A DNA stretch of 64,000 bases. It comes from Chthoniobacterales bacterium. Lineage in GTDB: Bacteria > Verrucomicrobiota > Verrucomicrobiia > Chthoniobacterales > Chthoniobacteraceae. Below the pieces are notes generated by a model. It made no database searches. It was not told where the DNA came from and saw only the letters and a program-made list of their open reading frames with translations. The position numbers and the translations under genes are program-made. Positions 34,623-44,399 of the stretch are shown here, piece after piece. The DNA lies in NCBI GenBank assembly GCA_038207335.1, contig JBBQZX010000001.1, positions 192,001 through 256,000 on the forward strand, read 5' to 3'. Every line of letters starts with the position of its first letter. Within the stretch, counting starts at the first letter, position 1.

Positions 34623-37600
34623 ATGCTCAAGATTTCCCAGATCGCTGCCGTGGTTTTCCTGTTCGCGGCTTCGTGTTTTGGCGGCGATTCAGTGCTCGTT
34701 TTCAATGAGCTGAATTATCATCCGGCGAATGAATCGACGCAGACGGAGTGGCTGGAACTGCGCAGCCTTCAGGCGGTGGATGTGGACATAGGAGCGTGGA
34801 AAATCGCAGGCGGAATCGACTACACATTTCCCGAGGGAACCGTGATGCCGGGACTCGGTTACTTGGTCGTCGCGGCGACCCCCGGGCAAATTTCCGGTGC
34901 GCTCGGGCCATTCACGGGACAACTCGCGAATGGCGGAGAGACGATCCGCCTGCTGAATCGCAATGGGCGCGTGATGGATGAGCTGACTTACAGCGACAGC
35001 GGCGACTGGCCGGTGGGCCCGGATGGTGGGGGAGTGACTCTGGTCCGGCGGCGCGCGAGTGCTGGCATTGGGGCGAGCGAGTGGACGGCGAGCCCGCAGC
35101 TCGGTGGGACGCCGGGAGCGACGAATTTCATCACGACGCCGACGGATAGTTCGTTGATCGCGACTCGTTCGGCGTGGAGATATCGCGACGCGGATGCGGC
35201 GCCGCCCGCTGGCTGGCAGGCGAGCGCTTTCGATGACTCGGCTTGGACGCAGGCAAACGCGACTTTCGGCACGCCCGGGGGCGGCGCGACAACGCTGACG
35301 GTGACGGCGAATCTCGTGGAGCGATTCCGCGCGAGCGCGATCACGGGCGTGGCGGATGGTGCGGTCGTCTCGACATGGTTCGACAGCGCGACCGGCGACG
35401 GTGTCTCACAAAATGCGAGCGCCGGGGGCACCTCTCCGACGCTGCGGCTGAATGTGACGCCGAGCGGAAAACCGGTGGTCCGATTTAACGGGAGCAGTGA
35501 GCTGCGGACCACGACTTCGCCGGGGATCGGCGCGACCAACGGCTGCGTGTACTTCGTCGTGCTGAGAGCGATCGGTGCGCAGGCGGACGGGAACTATCTT
35601 CTCGACCGAAATATCACCAGCGGCGGCGCACCGCTGATGTCGTTGAAGCCGCAGAGCGGTGCGTTTGCGCTGCAAAAGCGCTACTCGGATAATTCCGGAC
35701 TCGGCGGGCCAGTCTCGACCACGCCCATCTCGACGACAGCTTTCCAGATCGTCGCCGTGCGGCGCAACCGGACGCAGAATCGCTTCGAGATGTGGGTGAA
35801 CGGCGTCATGGAATCCACAAACGCGGACACCGGCGGCGCGCTGACGCCCGACCCGGTGAATATCGGACGCCACGCGAGCAATGGCGTCGGCTTCAACGGC
35901 GACATTGCCGAGGTGCTCATCTACAACAGCGAACTCAGCGACGCCGATTTCCTGTCGGTCGGCACTTATCTCGAATCCGAGTACGGCCTCAATACCGCGT
36001 TCCCCGATGCCGCGGCTGCGACGCCGCTGTCGAGCACAGCTCCGACGAGTTATTTTCGTAAGGCATTTGCGTACTCCGGAGAGCCTGCGCGCACGACTTT
36101 GCGGCTGACTCATACAGTCGCGGATGGTGCAGTCTTCTACCTGAACGGCACGGAGATTTACCGCGCGAACATGCCGGGAGGCACGGTGATTCACACGACC
36201 GGGGCGTCTTCGATCGTCGCAAATCCCGGGTCAGTCGGGCCAATCGCCGTACCCGCATCGGTGCTGGTGCGCGGGCAGAATGTGCTTGCGGTCTCGTTGC
36301 ACAAAGCGAGCGGCAGCACGCGCGCGTTCTTCGATGCGGCGCTGGATTCGACGGAGGCGCCGCCCGATCCAAATGCCTCGGCGGCATTCGTCTTGAGCGA
36401 AATCTCCGGCGCCGGCGATCCGGGATTCTTCATCGAAGTGCAGAATACCTCTACGACCGCGGGAAACACCAGCGGGTGGGTTTTGAAGACGAGCGCGGGC
36501 GGGACATTCACGCTCCCGGCGCAGGCTGTGGCGGCGGGAGGCTTCGCGTCGTTCACGGCGGCACAGCTTGGATTGCCGACTTTCGATGGGTTGCGGCTGT
36601 CGCTCTTCGCGCCGGGAGGGAGCGAATTCCACGACGCCCGCCTCGTGACCGGCACCCTGCGAGGCCTGACGAATACAGGAGCGTGGGGCCATCCCACGAC
36701 CGCGACGCCCGGCTCGGCGAACCTTGTTGCGGTCACAGACGCCATCGTGATCAACGAGATCTTCTACCACGGCGTGGACGGCTCGCCGGAGCAGTGGATC
36801 GAGCTTTATAACAAATCCGTCGGTACCGTGGACGTCGGCGGCTGGAAATTTACCAGCGGAGTCACCTTCACCATTCCTGCCGGCACGACGATTCCCGCCG
36901 ATAGCTACCGCGTCATCGCGTGGGATCCTGTGGCGTTTGCTGCGTCGCATTCCGGTGTCTCGGCGCTTGGGCCGTGGAGCGGTTCGCTGAGTGGGAAAGG
37001 GGAGGTGATCCGGCTGGAGGACACCAACGGAAACGTCGCGGACGAGGTTCCGTATTTCGATGGCGGGCGCTGGAGCGAGTGGGCGGATGGCGGCGGCTCG
37101 AGCCTTGAACTGCGCGACCCGCGTGCGGACAACTCGAAGGGCGAGGCATGGGCTGCCAGCGACGAGAGCGGAAACTCGAGTTGGCAGAATTTCAGCTACT
37201 CCGGCTCCGGCGCGAAGAGCAACGCGAACGACCCGACGAACTACAACGAATTCGTGTTCGGCCTCCTCAACAGCGGGGAGTGCCTCATGGACGACATTAG
37301 CGTGAAAGACACCACCCTCGGCGGTGTTGAGCTGATCCAGAACGGCACTTTCAGCGGCAGCGTGCCCGACTTCTGGCGCATTATTGGGACGCACAGCGGC
37401 AGTATTGTCGGCGGGGCGTTGAAAATCAGCGCCACCGGCGGCACGGAGCACATGAGCAATCACGCGGAGACGACGCTGAAAAACGGTTCCAGCTACTACG
37501 ACATCTCGCAATACGACACTCTTCCTCACACGTATGCCGTCAGCTTCCGCGCCAAATGGCTCCGCGGCTCGAACCGCCTCGACCTTCGCCTCTGGCACAA

Positions 37601-40334
37601 TCGCCTCGCCAAACAGATACTCCTCAGCCGCCCCGCGACCGGCGGCACGCCCGGTGCCGTGAATGGCCAGCGCGTCGCGCATATCGGCCCCACTTTCGAC
37701 GCGCTCGCACATGCGCCCGCAGTCCCCGCCGCGGCACAAACCGCGACCGTGACCGTCCGCGTCGCTGACCCCGACGGTATCGGTAGCGTGCAGCTTTTCA
37801 CCTCGGTCAATGGCGCGGCTTTCGCGAGCACCGCCATGACGGCGAGCGGTGGCATTTACACCGGGACTGTCCCGGGGCAATCGGCGGGCGCGCTTGTGCA
37901 GTTCTACATCCGCGCGACTGATTCGCTCGGCGCAGTGTCGTTCTTCCCAGCCGCCGGGGCCGCCTCTCGGGCGATAATCCCCTGGCAGGATGGCCGTGCG
38001 CAACTCGTGCTAGGGAGCGGCAAAAGGCCGCATAACTTCCGCGTTGCGATGCCTACCGCCGACGCGAGCGAGCTCTACAGACCCGAAAATCTCATGGGTG
38101 ACACCGCCCGCCCCTGCACCGTGATCCTCGACGAAAATGAAATCTTCTACGGCGCAGGCGTCCGCCTGAAAAGCAGCGAGCACGGGCGTTTTGACGATCA
38201 GCGCTGCGGACTCACTCTTGAGTTTCCTGCCGACCAGCTCCTTTTCGGAATCAACGGCACCATTTCTCTGGATCGCTCCGGGGGACCCAGTGCCGGGCAA
38301 AGAGAGATCCTCCTCAAACGCCTCGAAAACACTGCGGGCGGCATCTACGCCTCGGAGGACGACCTCGCTCGCATCATCTCGCCCATCGGCACCGTGCCGC
38401 CCGCGAAATTCAACGGTGCCAATCTTTCCACCATCGCCATCCTCTCCAAATCCCGCCTCGACAAACAATACCTTGACGACCAGTGGCCGGGCGGAGGCAG
38501 CGGCTCCCAGCACAAATACGAACTGATCTACGTCCTCACGCAGACCATCGACCCTGCGGGAAACGTCACATCGATCACCTCCGCGAATGTCCTCTCCGCC
38601 GTCGCCGAGCTGCCGAAAATCCCTCAGGATAGTCCCGGGCCCAATGGCGGCGTCCCCGTCAGCAGTCTTGGCTCCGACAAAGAGAGCTACCGCTGGTATT
38701 GGCTCCTCCAAAATGGGCGCGATGCCGACGACTACACCGGCATCATGAACGTCACTAACGCCATCGGGCAGGCGTCAGGCACCTCGAGTTTCAATACCCT
38801 CGTGGATCAGTACGTCGATGTCAGCACATGGCTTCGCTCCTGCATCCCCGCTACGCTCTACGGCGTCACCGATAACTATCTCTCCGGCAGCAGGCACAAT
38901 ACCCTCATCTATTTCCCTCCCGGTCGGAAGGCCGTCCTCATGCCGTGGGACCTCGATTACCTTCAATCGAGCAACGTCACCACCACCTCCCTCACCAACG
39001 GCGGCGACGTCACCAAATTCATCGCAAACCCCGTCTGGAAGCGCCTCTTCTACGGCCACATGCTCGACATCCTGAACCGCTCCTTCAACACGACCTACAT
39101 GACGACGTGGGCCGACCACTACTCGAGCTTTGGCACCGAGAACATGACCGCCTACGTGAGCGCCTACCTCACCCAACGCGCTGCCTACGCCCGCTCGCAG
39201 ATTTCCCAGCCCAGCACAGGGATTCCCCCAGTCTCCTTCACCCGCACCAGCCCCAGCCCCACCACCGTCAACGCCCCCTTCGCCACCGTCACCGGCACCG
39301 GCTGGATCGACATCGCAGAAATCCGCCTCCAGGGCAGCACCAAGCCCCTCGCCGTCACATGGACCGGCGAGAGCACCTTCTCCCTCCAGCTCCCCATCAG
39401 CTCCGGGACCAAGACCTACACCCTCGTCGCCTTCAATAACCCCGGCGGACAGCTCGGCACCATCTCCACCACCATCACCGGCGGCGGCGGCATTTTCCCC
39501 GCAGCCGCAGGCGACCTCATCGTCAGCGAGCTGAACTACAACCCCCCCGGCAGCGGCGACACCACCGAGTTCATCGAACTCCAAAACATCAGCCCCAATA
39601 CCCTCGACCTCACCGGCTGCCACTTCGACGAAGAAGCCGGCCAGGGCATCGCCTACACCTTCCCCTCCGCGCGCCAGCTCATCCCCGGAGAGCGCATCGT
39701 CGTCGCGAAAAATCACGCCTCCTTCCTCACCATGTACCCTGGCGCATCCGCCCAGCTCGCTGTCGGCGAATACGACCCCAGCTCCCTCGACAACAGCGGC
39801 GAATCCCTCGTCCTTTACGCCGCCAGCGGCCTCGAAATCTTCCGCTTCACCTACGGCACCACCATCGCCAGCGCCAATGGCGGCGGCCGCACCCTCGTCC
39901 GCGTCATCTCCAGCACCCACCCCGACCCTGCCGACTACACCTGGCGCGCCAGCACCGCCAATGGCGGCAATCCCGGCACCACCGACGCCTCCCCGTTCAC
40001 CGGCGTCCCCCTCGCCGACGCCGACCGCGACGGCCTCACCGCCCTCATCGAGAACGCCCTCGGCACCAGTGACACCGTCGGCACCCCGCCTCCGTGGACC
40101 TTCATCAAAGACGCGCAAGGACGCTGGCTCTTCACCTTCCCCCGCGCCCTGAACGCCGACGACGTCACCCTCACCATCGAGAGCACCCCCGACCTCGCCA
40201 CCCCGTTCACCACCGCCGCCGCGACCCTCATCAGCTCCACGCCCTCGGGCAACACCGCCATTGAGACCTACCAAATCGTCCCGCCCGGCGGAGCCCCCAC
40301 GTTCTTCGTCCGGCTAAAAGCCACCCTCCGCTGA
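34623..40334 (+). CDS. giant secreted protein with lamin-tail domains, LamG-like domain and CotH kinase-like domain
   Basis: Signal peptide; LTD starts FNELNYHP, INEIFYHG, VSELNYNP; FNGDIAEVLIY (LamG); DNY...HN and PWDLD (CotH); C-terminal DADRDG and FFVRL. Confidence 0.82.
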   Translation: MLKISQIAAVVFLFAASCFGGDSVLVFNELNYHPANESTQTEWLELRSLQAVDVDIGAWKIAGGIDYTFPEGTVMPGLGYLVVAATPGQISGALGPFTGQLANGGETIRLLNRNGRVMDELTYSDSGDWPVGPDGGGVTLVRRRASAGIGASEWTASPQLGGTPGATNFITTPTDSSLIATRSAWRYRDADAAPPAGWQASAFDDSAWTQANATFGTPGGGATTLTVTANLVERFRASAITGVADGAVVSTWFDSATGDGVSQNASAGGTSPTLRLNVTPSGKPVVRFNGSSELRTTTSPGIGATNGCVYFVVLRAIGAQADGNYLLDRNITSGGAPLMSLKPQSGAFALQKRYSDNSGLGGPVSTTPISTTAFQIVAVRRNRTQNRFEMWVNGVMESTNADTGGALTPDPVNIGRHASNGVGFNGDIAEVLIYNSELSDADFLSVGTYLESEYGLNTAFPDAAAATPLSSTAPTSYFRKAFAYSGEPARTTLRLTHTVADGAVFYLNGTEIYRANMPGGTVIHTTGASSIVANPGSVGPIAVPASVLVRGQNVLAVSLHKASGSTRAFFDAALDSTEAPPDPNASAAFVLSEISGAGDPGFFIEVQNTSTTAGNTSGWVLKTSAGGTFTLPAQAVAAGGFASFTAAQLGLPTFDGLRLSLFAPGGSEFHDARLVTGTLRGLTNTGAWGHPTTATPGSANLVAVTDAIVINEIFYHGVDGSPEQWIELYNKSVGTVDVGGWKFTSGVTFTIPAGTTIPADSYRVIAWDPVAFAASHSGVSALGPWSGSLSGKGEVIRLEDTNGNVADEVPYFDGGRWSEWADGGGSSLELRDPRADNSKGEAWAASDESGNSSWQNFSYSGSGAKSNANDPTNYNEFVFGLLNSGECLMDDISVKDTTLGGVELIQNGTFSGSVPDFWRIIGTHSGSIVGGALKISATGGTEHMSNHAETTLKNGSSYYDISQYDTLPHTYAVSFRAKWLRGSNRLDLRLWHNRLAKQILLSRPATGGTPGAVNGQRVAHIGPTFDALAHAPAVPAAAQTATVTVRVADPDGIGSVQLFTSVNGAAFASTAMTASGGIYTGTVPGQSAGALVQFYIRATDSLGAVSFFPAAGAASRAIIPWQDGRAQLVLGSGKRPHNFRVAMPTADASELYRPENLMGDTARPCTVILDENEIFYGAGVRLKSSEHGRFDDQRCGLTLEFPADQLLFGINGTISLDRSGGPSAGQREILLKRLENTAGGIYASEDDLARIISPIGTVPPAKFNGANLSTIAILSKSRLDKQYLDDQWPGGGSGSQHKYELIYVLTQTIDPAGNVTSITSANVLSAVAELPKIPQDSPGPNGGVPVSSLGSDKESYRWYWLLQNGRDADDYTGIMNVTNAIGQASGTSSFNTLVDQYVDVSTWLRSCIPATLYGVTDNYLSGSRHNTLIYFPPGRKAVLMPWDLDYLQSSNVTTTSLTNGGDVTKFIANPVWKRLFYGHMLDILNRSFNTTYMTTWADHYSSFGTENMTAYVSAYLTQRAAYARSQISQPSTGIPPVSFTRTSPSPTTVNAPFATVTGTGWIDIAEIRLQGSTKPLAVTWTGESTFSLQLPISSGTKTYTLVAFNNPGGQLGTISTTITGGGGIFPAAAGDLIVSELNYNPPGSGDTTEFIELQNISPNTLDLTGCHFDEEAGQGIAYTFPSARQLIPGERIVVAKNHASFLTMYPGASAQLAVGEYDPSSLDNSGESLVLYAASGLEIFRFTYGTTIASANGGGRTLVRVISSTHPDPADYTWRASTANGGNPGTTDASPFTGVPLADADRDGLTALIENALGTSDTVGTPPPWTFIKDAQGRWLFTFPRALNADDVTLTIESTPDLATPFTTAAATLISSTPSGNTAIETYQIVPPGGAPTFFVRLKATLR

Positions 40335-40336
40335 CC

Positions 40337-40356
40337 CGGCGGAGCCTCTCCTCCGG
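40337..40356. terminator. GC-rich hairpin just after the giant gene, between convergent genes
   Basis: CCGGCGGAG...CTCCTCCGG imperfect stem; no U-tract. Confidence 0.3.
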
Positions 40357-40501
40357 TGTGGGAGAAAATCGCGAGCCCGTCCTGCTCTGATCGCGACTTG
40401 GAAAGTCGAGCGCGGGAAATCCACGGAGCCATTTCCTGTAAAGGAGATGCGTCCCCGAACACCTTCCCGCGAATGGATCAGGGCCCTTCCTTCCAAACGC
40501 C

Positions 40502-41917
40502 TCAACGCGGGGACCCACCCGCCACCTCCGCCAACAACGCCGCAGCCTCCCCCACGCACGTCTCAAACGGATCCGGCATCAACAAAGGCGCGCAGCCATC
40601 CACCGCGATCGAATCCCAATTCACCACAAACGCCGCCTCACTCCCCATCAGCCCCGCCACCGCCGCCCCCCGGCCCGCCGCCCTCGTATCCCCAGGCGGC
40701 CGAACTGATGCCGCAGCCGCATCGATCCGCGCATTCCAATCCGCAATCCGTGGCGCCGGCTCGATCCCCCCCAGAAACCCCTTCGCCGGATCGATATGAT
40801 GATATTCCAGATCGAGACTCTCCAGCCACGGATCATCCCACTCCACCCCCTCGCTGTCCCGGAACGTCTCCAACAGCCACCGCTTCGTCACCCAATCCAC
40901 CCCCCCCAGCAGCCGCGAATGATCCTCCCGGAGCGCCTCCAGCGTGAATCCCCAACTCTCCAGAATCCAATCCGTCTCCCCATCCCGTCCCGCCAAAACC
41001 CGCCGAGCGTGCGCCAGCAAGGTCTCCTGGATTTCCAAAGCCCCCCGCTGCCTCCCATCCTCCAGCATCACCTCCGCCCGCCCGGTTCCTTCGTGCGAGA
41101 TCTTCCGCATCGCGATCACCGCATCGGCTAAAATGACATCCACAGGCAGCGAGCGCTCCTCCAGCATCGTGAGCACGAGCGAGGTCGTCCCGATCTTCAG
41201 CGCCGTGGCAAAAGGGCAGACATTCGAGTCGCCGACGAGCAAGTGCAGCCGGCGATATCGGCGGAAATCCGCAAGCGGCTCATCCCTCGCATTGATGATC
41301 GAGCGGTTGAACTGCACCCACTGGTAGATGTCGTTCACCATGTGGTCCGCGCGCTGCGAAAGCTGAAAATCCACCTTCACGCCCGCGGGCGGGGAACCCG
41401 GATCGAACGCATATTCGCGCGCCACACCCACCCGGCCACTCCCGGTGAAGATCTGCCGGGTGGCGAGAAAGGAAAGGAGCGTCCCGATCCCCGCCTCATC
41501 GAACTCGGTATCGCGCCGCATGAGGTAATTCTCGTGACAGCCAAAGGTCGCATCAGTGCGGTGATCGATATTGTTCCGGTAAAAGGCCACCTCACCGTCC
41601 GCGCCCATCTTTTCCACCGCCGCCTGCAAAAGCCGGTCGCCCGCGAAGTCGTAAGCCACCGCATCCACCAGCGAACGACACTCCGGGGAGGCGTATTCGA
41701 GGTGCCCCATATCGATGTAAATGCGGCCGCCATTCCGCAGAAACCCGCCATTCCCCGGCGGCTCCTCGTAGTCCCGATAGTGCCGGTCCAGCGCGCCGAC
41801 TTTATCGACGCGAAACAGAAAATCCTTCACCCGCACCGGCCACGCATCCGCTCCGCCAACCCCCGCCCCCGAGACCAGGCAGCCATATTCGGTTTCGATG
41901 CCGACGACGCGGTTCAA
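40502..41917 (-). CDS. pafA: Pup/UBact-protein ligase family (PafA/Dop superfamily), PafA-like
   Basis: GIETEYG, NGGRIYIDMGHLEYASPEC, NN.D...FGCHENY, SQRADH, IINARDEP, YRRLHLLVGDSN, DLEYH; TTG start. Confidence 0.88.
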   Translation of the reverse strand: MNRVVGIETEYGCLVSGAGVGGADAWPVRVKDFLFRVDKVGALDRHYRDYEEPPGNGGFLRNGGRIYIDMGHLEYASPECRSLVDAVAYDFAGDRLLQAAVEKMGADGEVAFYRNNIDHRTDATFGCHENYLMRRDTEFDEAGIGTLLSFLATRQIFTGSGRVGVAREYAFDPGSPPAGVKVDFQLSQRADHMVNDIYQWVQFNRSIINARDEPLADFRRYRRLHLLVGDSNVCPFATALKIGTTSLVLTMLEERSLPVDVILADAVIAMRKISHEGTGRAEVMLEDGRQRGALEIQETLLAHARRVLAGRDGETDWILESWGFTLEALREDHSRLLGGVDWVTKRWLLETFRDSEGVEWDDPWLESLDLEYHHIDPAKGFLGGIEPAPRIADWNARIDAAAASVRPPGDTRAAGRGAAVAGLMGSEAAFVVNWDSIAVDGCAPLLMPDPFETCVGEAAALLAEVAGGSPR

Positions 41918-41929
41918 GGCGCGCCCCGG

Positions 41930-42634
41930 TCAGTGCGCGAGGTAGAGGATGCGCCCGCACTGCTCGCAATGCGTCACCTCCCGAGCGGCACGGACCTTTG
42001 CTGAAGTCGCCGCCGTGATTTTCATGTGGCAGCCCATGCAGACATCGTGCTCCAGAGCGACCACGGCACTGTCGCCCTTGCTCCCGAAGAGGCGGTTGAA
42101 AGTATCGAGCAAATCCTCGTCCACCGCCTCCGCGAGCTTCGCGCGCTCGCTCTCCAACCCATCGAGCTGCGCCGCGATGGCCGCGAGTTTCTCGTCGAGA
42201 TTCTGCGATTGCCGGGCGACCTGCGCCTTCACCTCCGTCGCGCTTTTCTCCAGCTCCGCGGTGGCCGCCTTTTGCTGCTCAGTCGCCTCCATCAGCTCCA
42301 GCTCGCGATCTTCGATCTTCGAGATTTCATCCTCAAAGCGTTTCACTTCATTCGTGAGCGCTTGGAATTCCTCGTTCTTCCGCGTCTGGAATTTCTGCAC
42401 GTTGTACTTCGCAATCGTGTCCCGCTTCGACTGAGCCTCCACCTCGAGCTTCTTGCGCTCGACCTCGATCTCCTTGCCCTTGAGCTTGCCTGCCTCGAAC
42501 TGCCGCCCGCTCGCCGCGAGGCGCTCCTCAAAGTCCTTGCGCTCCGCCGGAGCGAGCTTGAGCTCCAGTTTCAGCGAGCGGATTTTACGGTCGCGGTCTT
42601 GGAGGATAAGGAGCTTTTCGATCTCTGGAAGCAT
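41930..42634 (-). CDS. C4-type zinc-ribbon/coiled-coil protein (COG1579-like)
   Basis: Long coiled coil then CMGCHM...CEQCGRILY. Confidence 0.9.
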   Translation of the reverse strand: MLPEIEKLLILQDRDRKIRSLKLELKLAPAERKDFEERLAASGRQFEAGKLKGKEIEVERKKLEVEAQSKRDTIAKYNVQKFQTRKNEEFQALTNEVKRFEDEISKIEDRELELMEATEQQKAATAELEKSATEVKAQVARQSQNLDEKLAAIAAQLDGLESERAKLAEAVDEDLLDTFNRLFGSKGDSAVVALEHDVCMGCHMKITAATSAKVRAAREVTHCEQCGRILYLAH

Positions 42635-42667
42635 GGGGCGGAGTGTGCGGGGATGTGCGCGGCGGCG

Positions 42668-43120
42668 TCAACGCGCAGGGGGTCGAGTCATGATGAATTT
42701 CCCGTGGTCGTAGCTCGACTTGTAGTTCGAGACGAAGCGCTCAGGCGTGGCGGTCCCGTCAAAGGTGTACACGCCGCCGAAGATCGCGGCGAGCTCATGC
42801 GTGCCGTGAAAGTGCAACTCGTCCCCGCGCCGACGGCCCTCCAGCGGCACGTCGTAGCTCTTGGAAAAGGTGAGCCAGTTCGCCTTGAAATGCGCAGAGT
42901 ATCGGCTTATGCCGGGCTTCGCTTGCGGGTTCGGCGGGAGCGCCGTGAGCGTGCAGTGGAGGGCACCGCCGGAGTTCTGATGATGCTCGCTGGTCCAGCG
43001 GCCCACCCATTTTCCAGCGAAAGGATCCGACTCGCCGCCAGCGCTTCGCGATGCTGCGGGATCATGTGTGGCACAGGCGGAGAGAGCGACCGCGAACGTG
43101 GCTGCGAGGAGAGATTTCAT
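42668..43120 (-). CDS. hypothetical lipoprotein
   Basis: Lipobox LSAC; beta-rich sequence; overlaps the upstream stop. Confidence 0.7.
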   Translation of the reverse strand: MKSLLAATFAVALSACATHDPAASRSAGGESDPFAGKWVGRWTSEHHQNSGGALHCTLTALPPNPQAKPGISRYSAHFKANWLTFSKSYDVPLEGRRRGDELHFHGTHELAAIFGGVYTFDGTATPERFVSNYKSSYDHGKFIMTRPPAR

Positions 43121-43872
43121 TGGGTGTTTTCGTTCAGGAAGACGCGCATTTCCTCTTCGTCGCCGTGAAAGGTGACGAGCGTGCAGATGCCGTCTTTCTC
43201 GATGATCGCCGAGATCAGCCCGCCGTCGTCGAAGATCTTCCAGTCCGGCTCGCCGTCGAGCTTCACGCCGAAATCCGCCGCGCGAAAAACGGCGATGAGC
43301 GAATCGTGGCTGTCGATGGCGATCTGCGCGACGGGATGCCCGTCCTGCTTGAAAACCCGCGCGCCGACTGCGGAAAGGCGCGCGATGCCGGGTGGCAGCG
43401 CAAAGCCTTCAAAGCCGTGCATGTAAAAGATATCGCCGAGTTCGCCAGCGGTGGAATGCGTGCGCTCGAGTTCCGCGCCGCTCATCCTGCCCGCCACCGC
43501 TGCGATCTTCTCGACCGCGCCGCGGCCGGGAAAATCGCCCCGATGATCGAGCGTGGTCCACGTGAAAAAGCCGATGGTGAGCAGCGCCCCCGCCAGCGCT
43601 GCGAGGATCGCGGGGTGGAAAATATGCGTCCGCAGCTTCACCGGCGCGGCGGTTGCATCGGACGTCGCGCCAGCGCAAATGCACGATGTTTCAGGTGGCT
43701 CGATCGCGCGGATTGCATCGATGATTTCCTGGTCGAACACGAGCTGCGCCTCGAGCTTCGCTCCCAAGACCGCGTCGCCTTTCGCGATCTTCGCGGCCTT
43801 CGCAATCCTTGCATCCATCGGCCTCTCCGCTCGGTAGCAAGGCAGCAGCGCCTCTGCCGCTTTCGGACTCAT
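43117..43872 (-). CDS. putative membrane anti-sigma factor
   Basis: Short N-terminal cytoplasmic domain, one TM, extracytoplasmic domain; ATGA overlap with the sigma-like gene. Confidence 0.55.
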   Translation of the reverse strand: MSPKAAEALLPCYRAERPMDARIAKAAKIAKGDAVLGAKLEAQLVFDQEIIDAIRAIEPPETSCICAGATSDATAAPVKLRTHIFHPAILAALAGALLTIGFFTWTTLDHRGDFPGRGAVEKIAAVAGRMSGAELERTHSTAGELGDIFYMHGFEGFALPPGIARLSAVGARVFKQDGHPVAQIAIDSHDSLIAVFRAADFGVKLDGEPDWKIFDDGGLISAIIEKDGICTLVTFHGDEEEMRVFLNENTQ

Positions 43873-44288
43873 TGCGCCGCCTCCTCGCGGCTCCGCGCGC
43901 GCTGCAGAAATGCGCGGGCGCGGGTGAGAGTCTCAGCCAACCGGTCGATATTCATCCCGAGAATTTGCGCGATTTGGTCAGGCGAAAATGGATCGAGATA
44001 AAACAGCGCCAGCGCGCTGCGCTCCGGCTCCGGCAGCGAATGGAAGCGATCCGCGACCGTGCCGGTTTCGCTCTCCGCGTCGCGGGAAATCTCCATGCAG
44101 CGCTGCCGGATGCGCGTCGCCAGCCACGCCGCGCGGCGCGCTTCATCGCGGATGTCGGCGATGCGCCGCTCACCTTCTCGCAGCGTCTCAGAAAACGCCC
44201 GTTCGGCCGCTGCGTGGTCGCCCGTGAGAAGCAGGGCGAATCGGTAAAAATCCGCAAGGCCGGCGCGGGGGAGCAGCTCGTGTTGCAC
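43869..44288 (-). CDS. short, divergent ECF sigma-70 family factor
   Basis: YRFALLLTGD..AAE (region 2), AAWL, LPEPERSALALFY...QIAQILG (region 4); GTG start. Confidence 0.7.
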   Translation of the reverse strand: MQHELLPRAGLADFYRFALLLTGDHAAAERAFSETLREGERRIADIRDEARRAAWLATRIRQRCMEISRDAESETGTVADRFHSLPEPERSALALFYLDPFSPDQIAQILGMNIDRLAETLTRARAFLQRARSREEAAQ

Positions 44289-44350
44289 GCCGCCGTTTAT
44301 TTCAAATCGCGACGAGAAACCACAAGCGCCGAATCGCGCGCCCGGTCTCG

Positions 44351-44379
44351 TTGACTTGCATTTCCCGGCTCCGTATCTT
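44351..44379 (+). promoter_or_regulatory. putative sigma-70 promoter for the phosphatase-rpiB-glyA fusion
   Basis: TTGACT-N17-TATCTT, 20 nt upstream of the GTG start. Confidence 0.55.
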
Positions 44380-44399
44380 CCGCGCTACTCATTTTTCTC

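Noticed and set aside
38775..40274. 499-aa antisense ORF, and similar long shadow ORFs such as 17538-19394, 24466-25818, 25970-27727 and 53572-55698
   Set aside because: Mirror frames of real genes caused by high GC and skewed third positions; no recognisable motifs
40268..40462. 64-aa ORF after pafA containing TGGE as a possible Pup/UBact
   Set aside because: GGE is internal, not C-terminal, and the ORF overlaps the convergent giant gene
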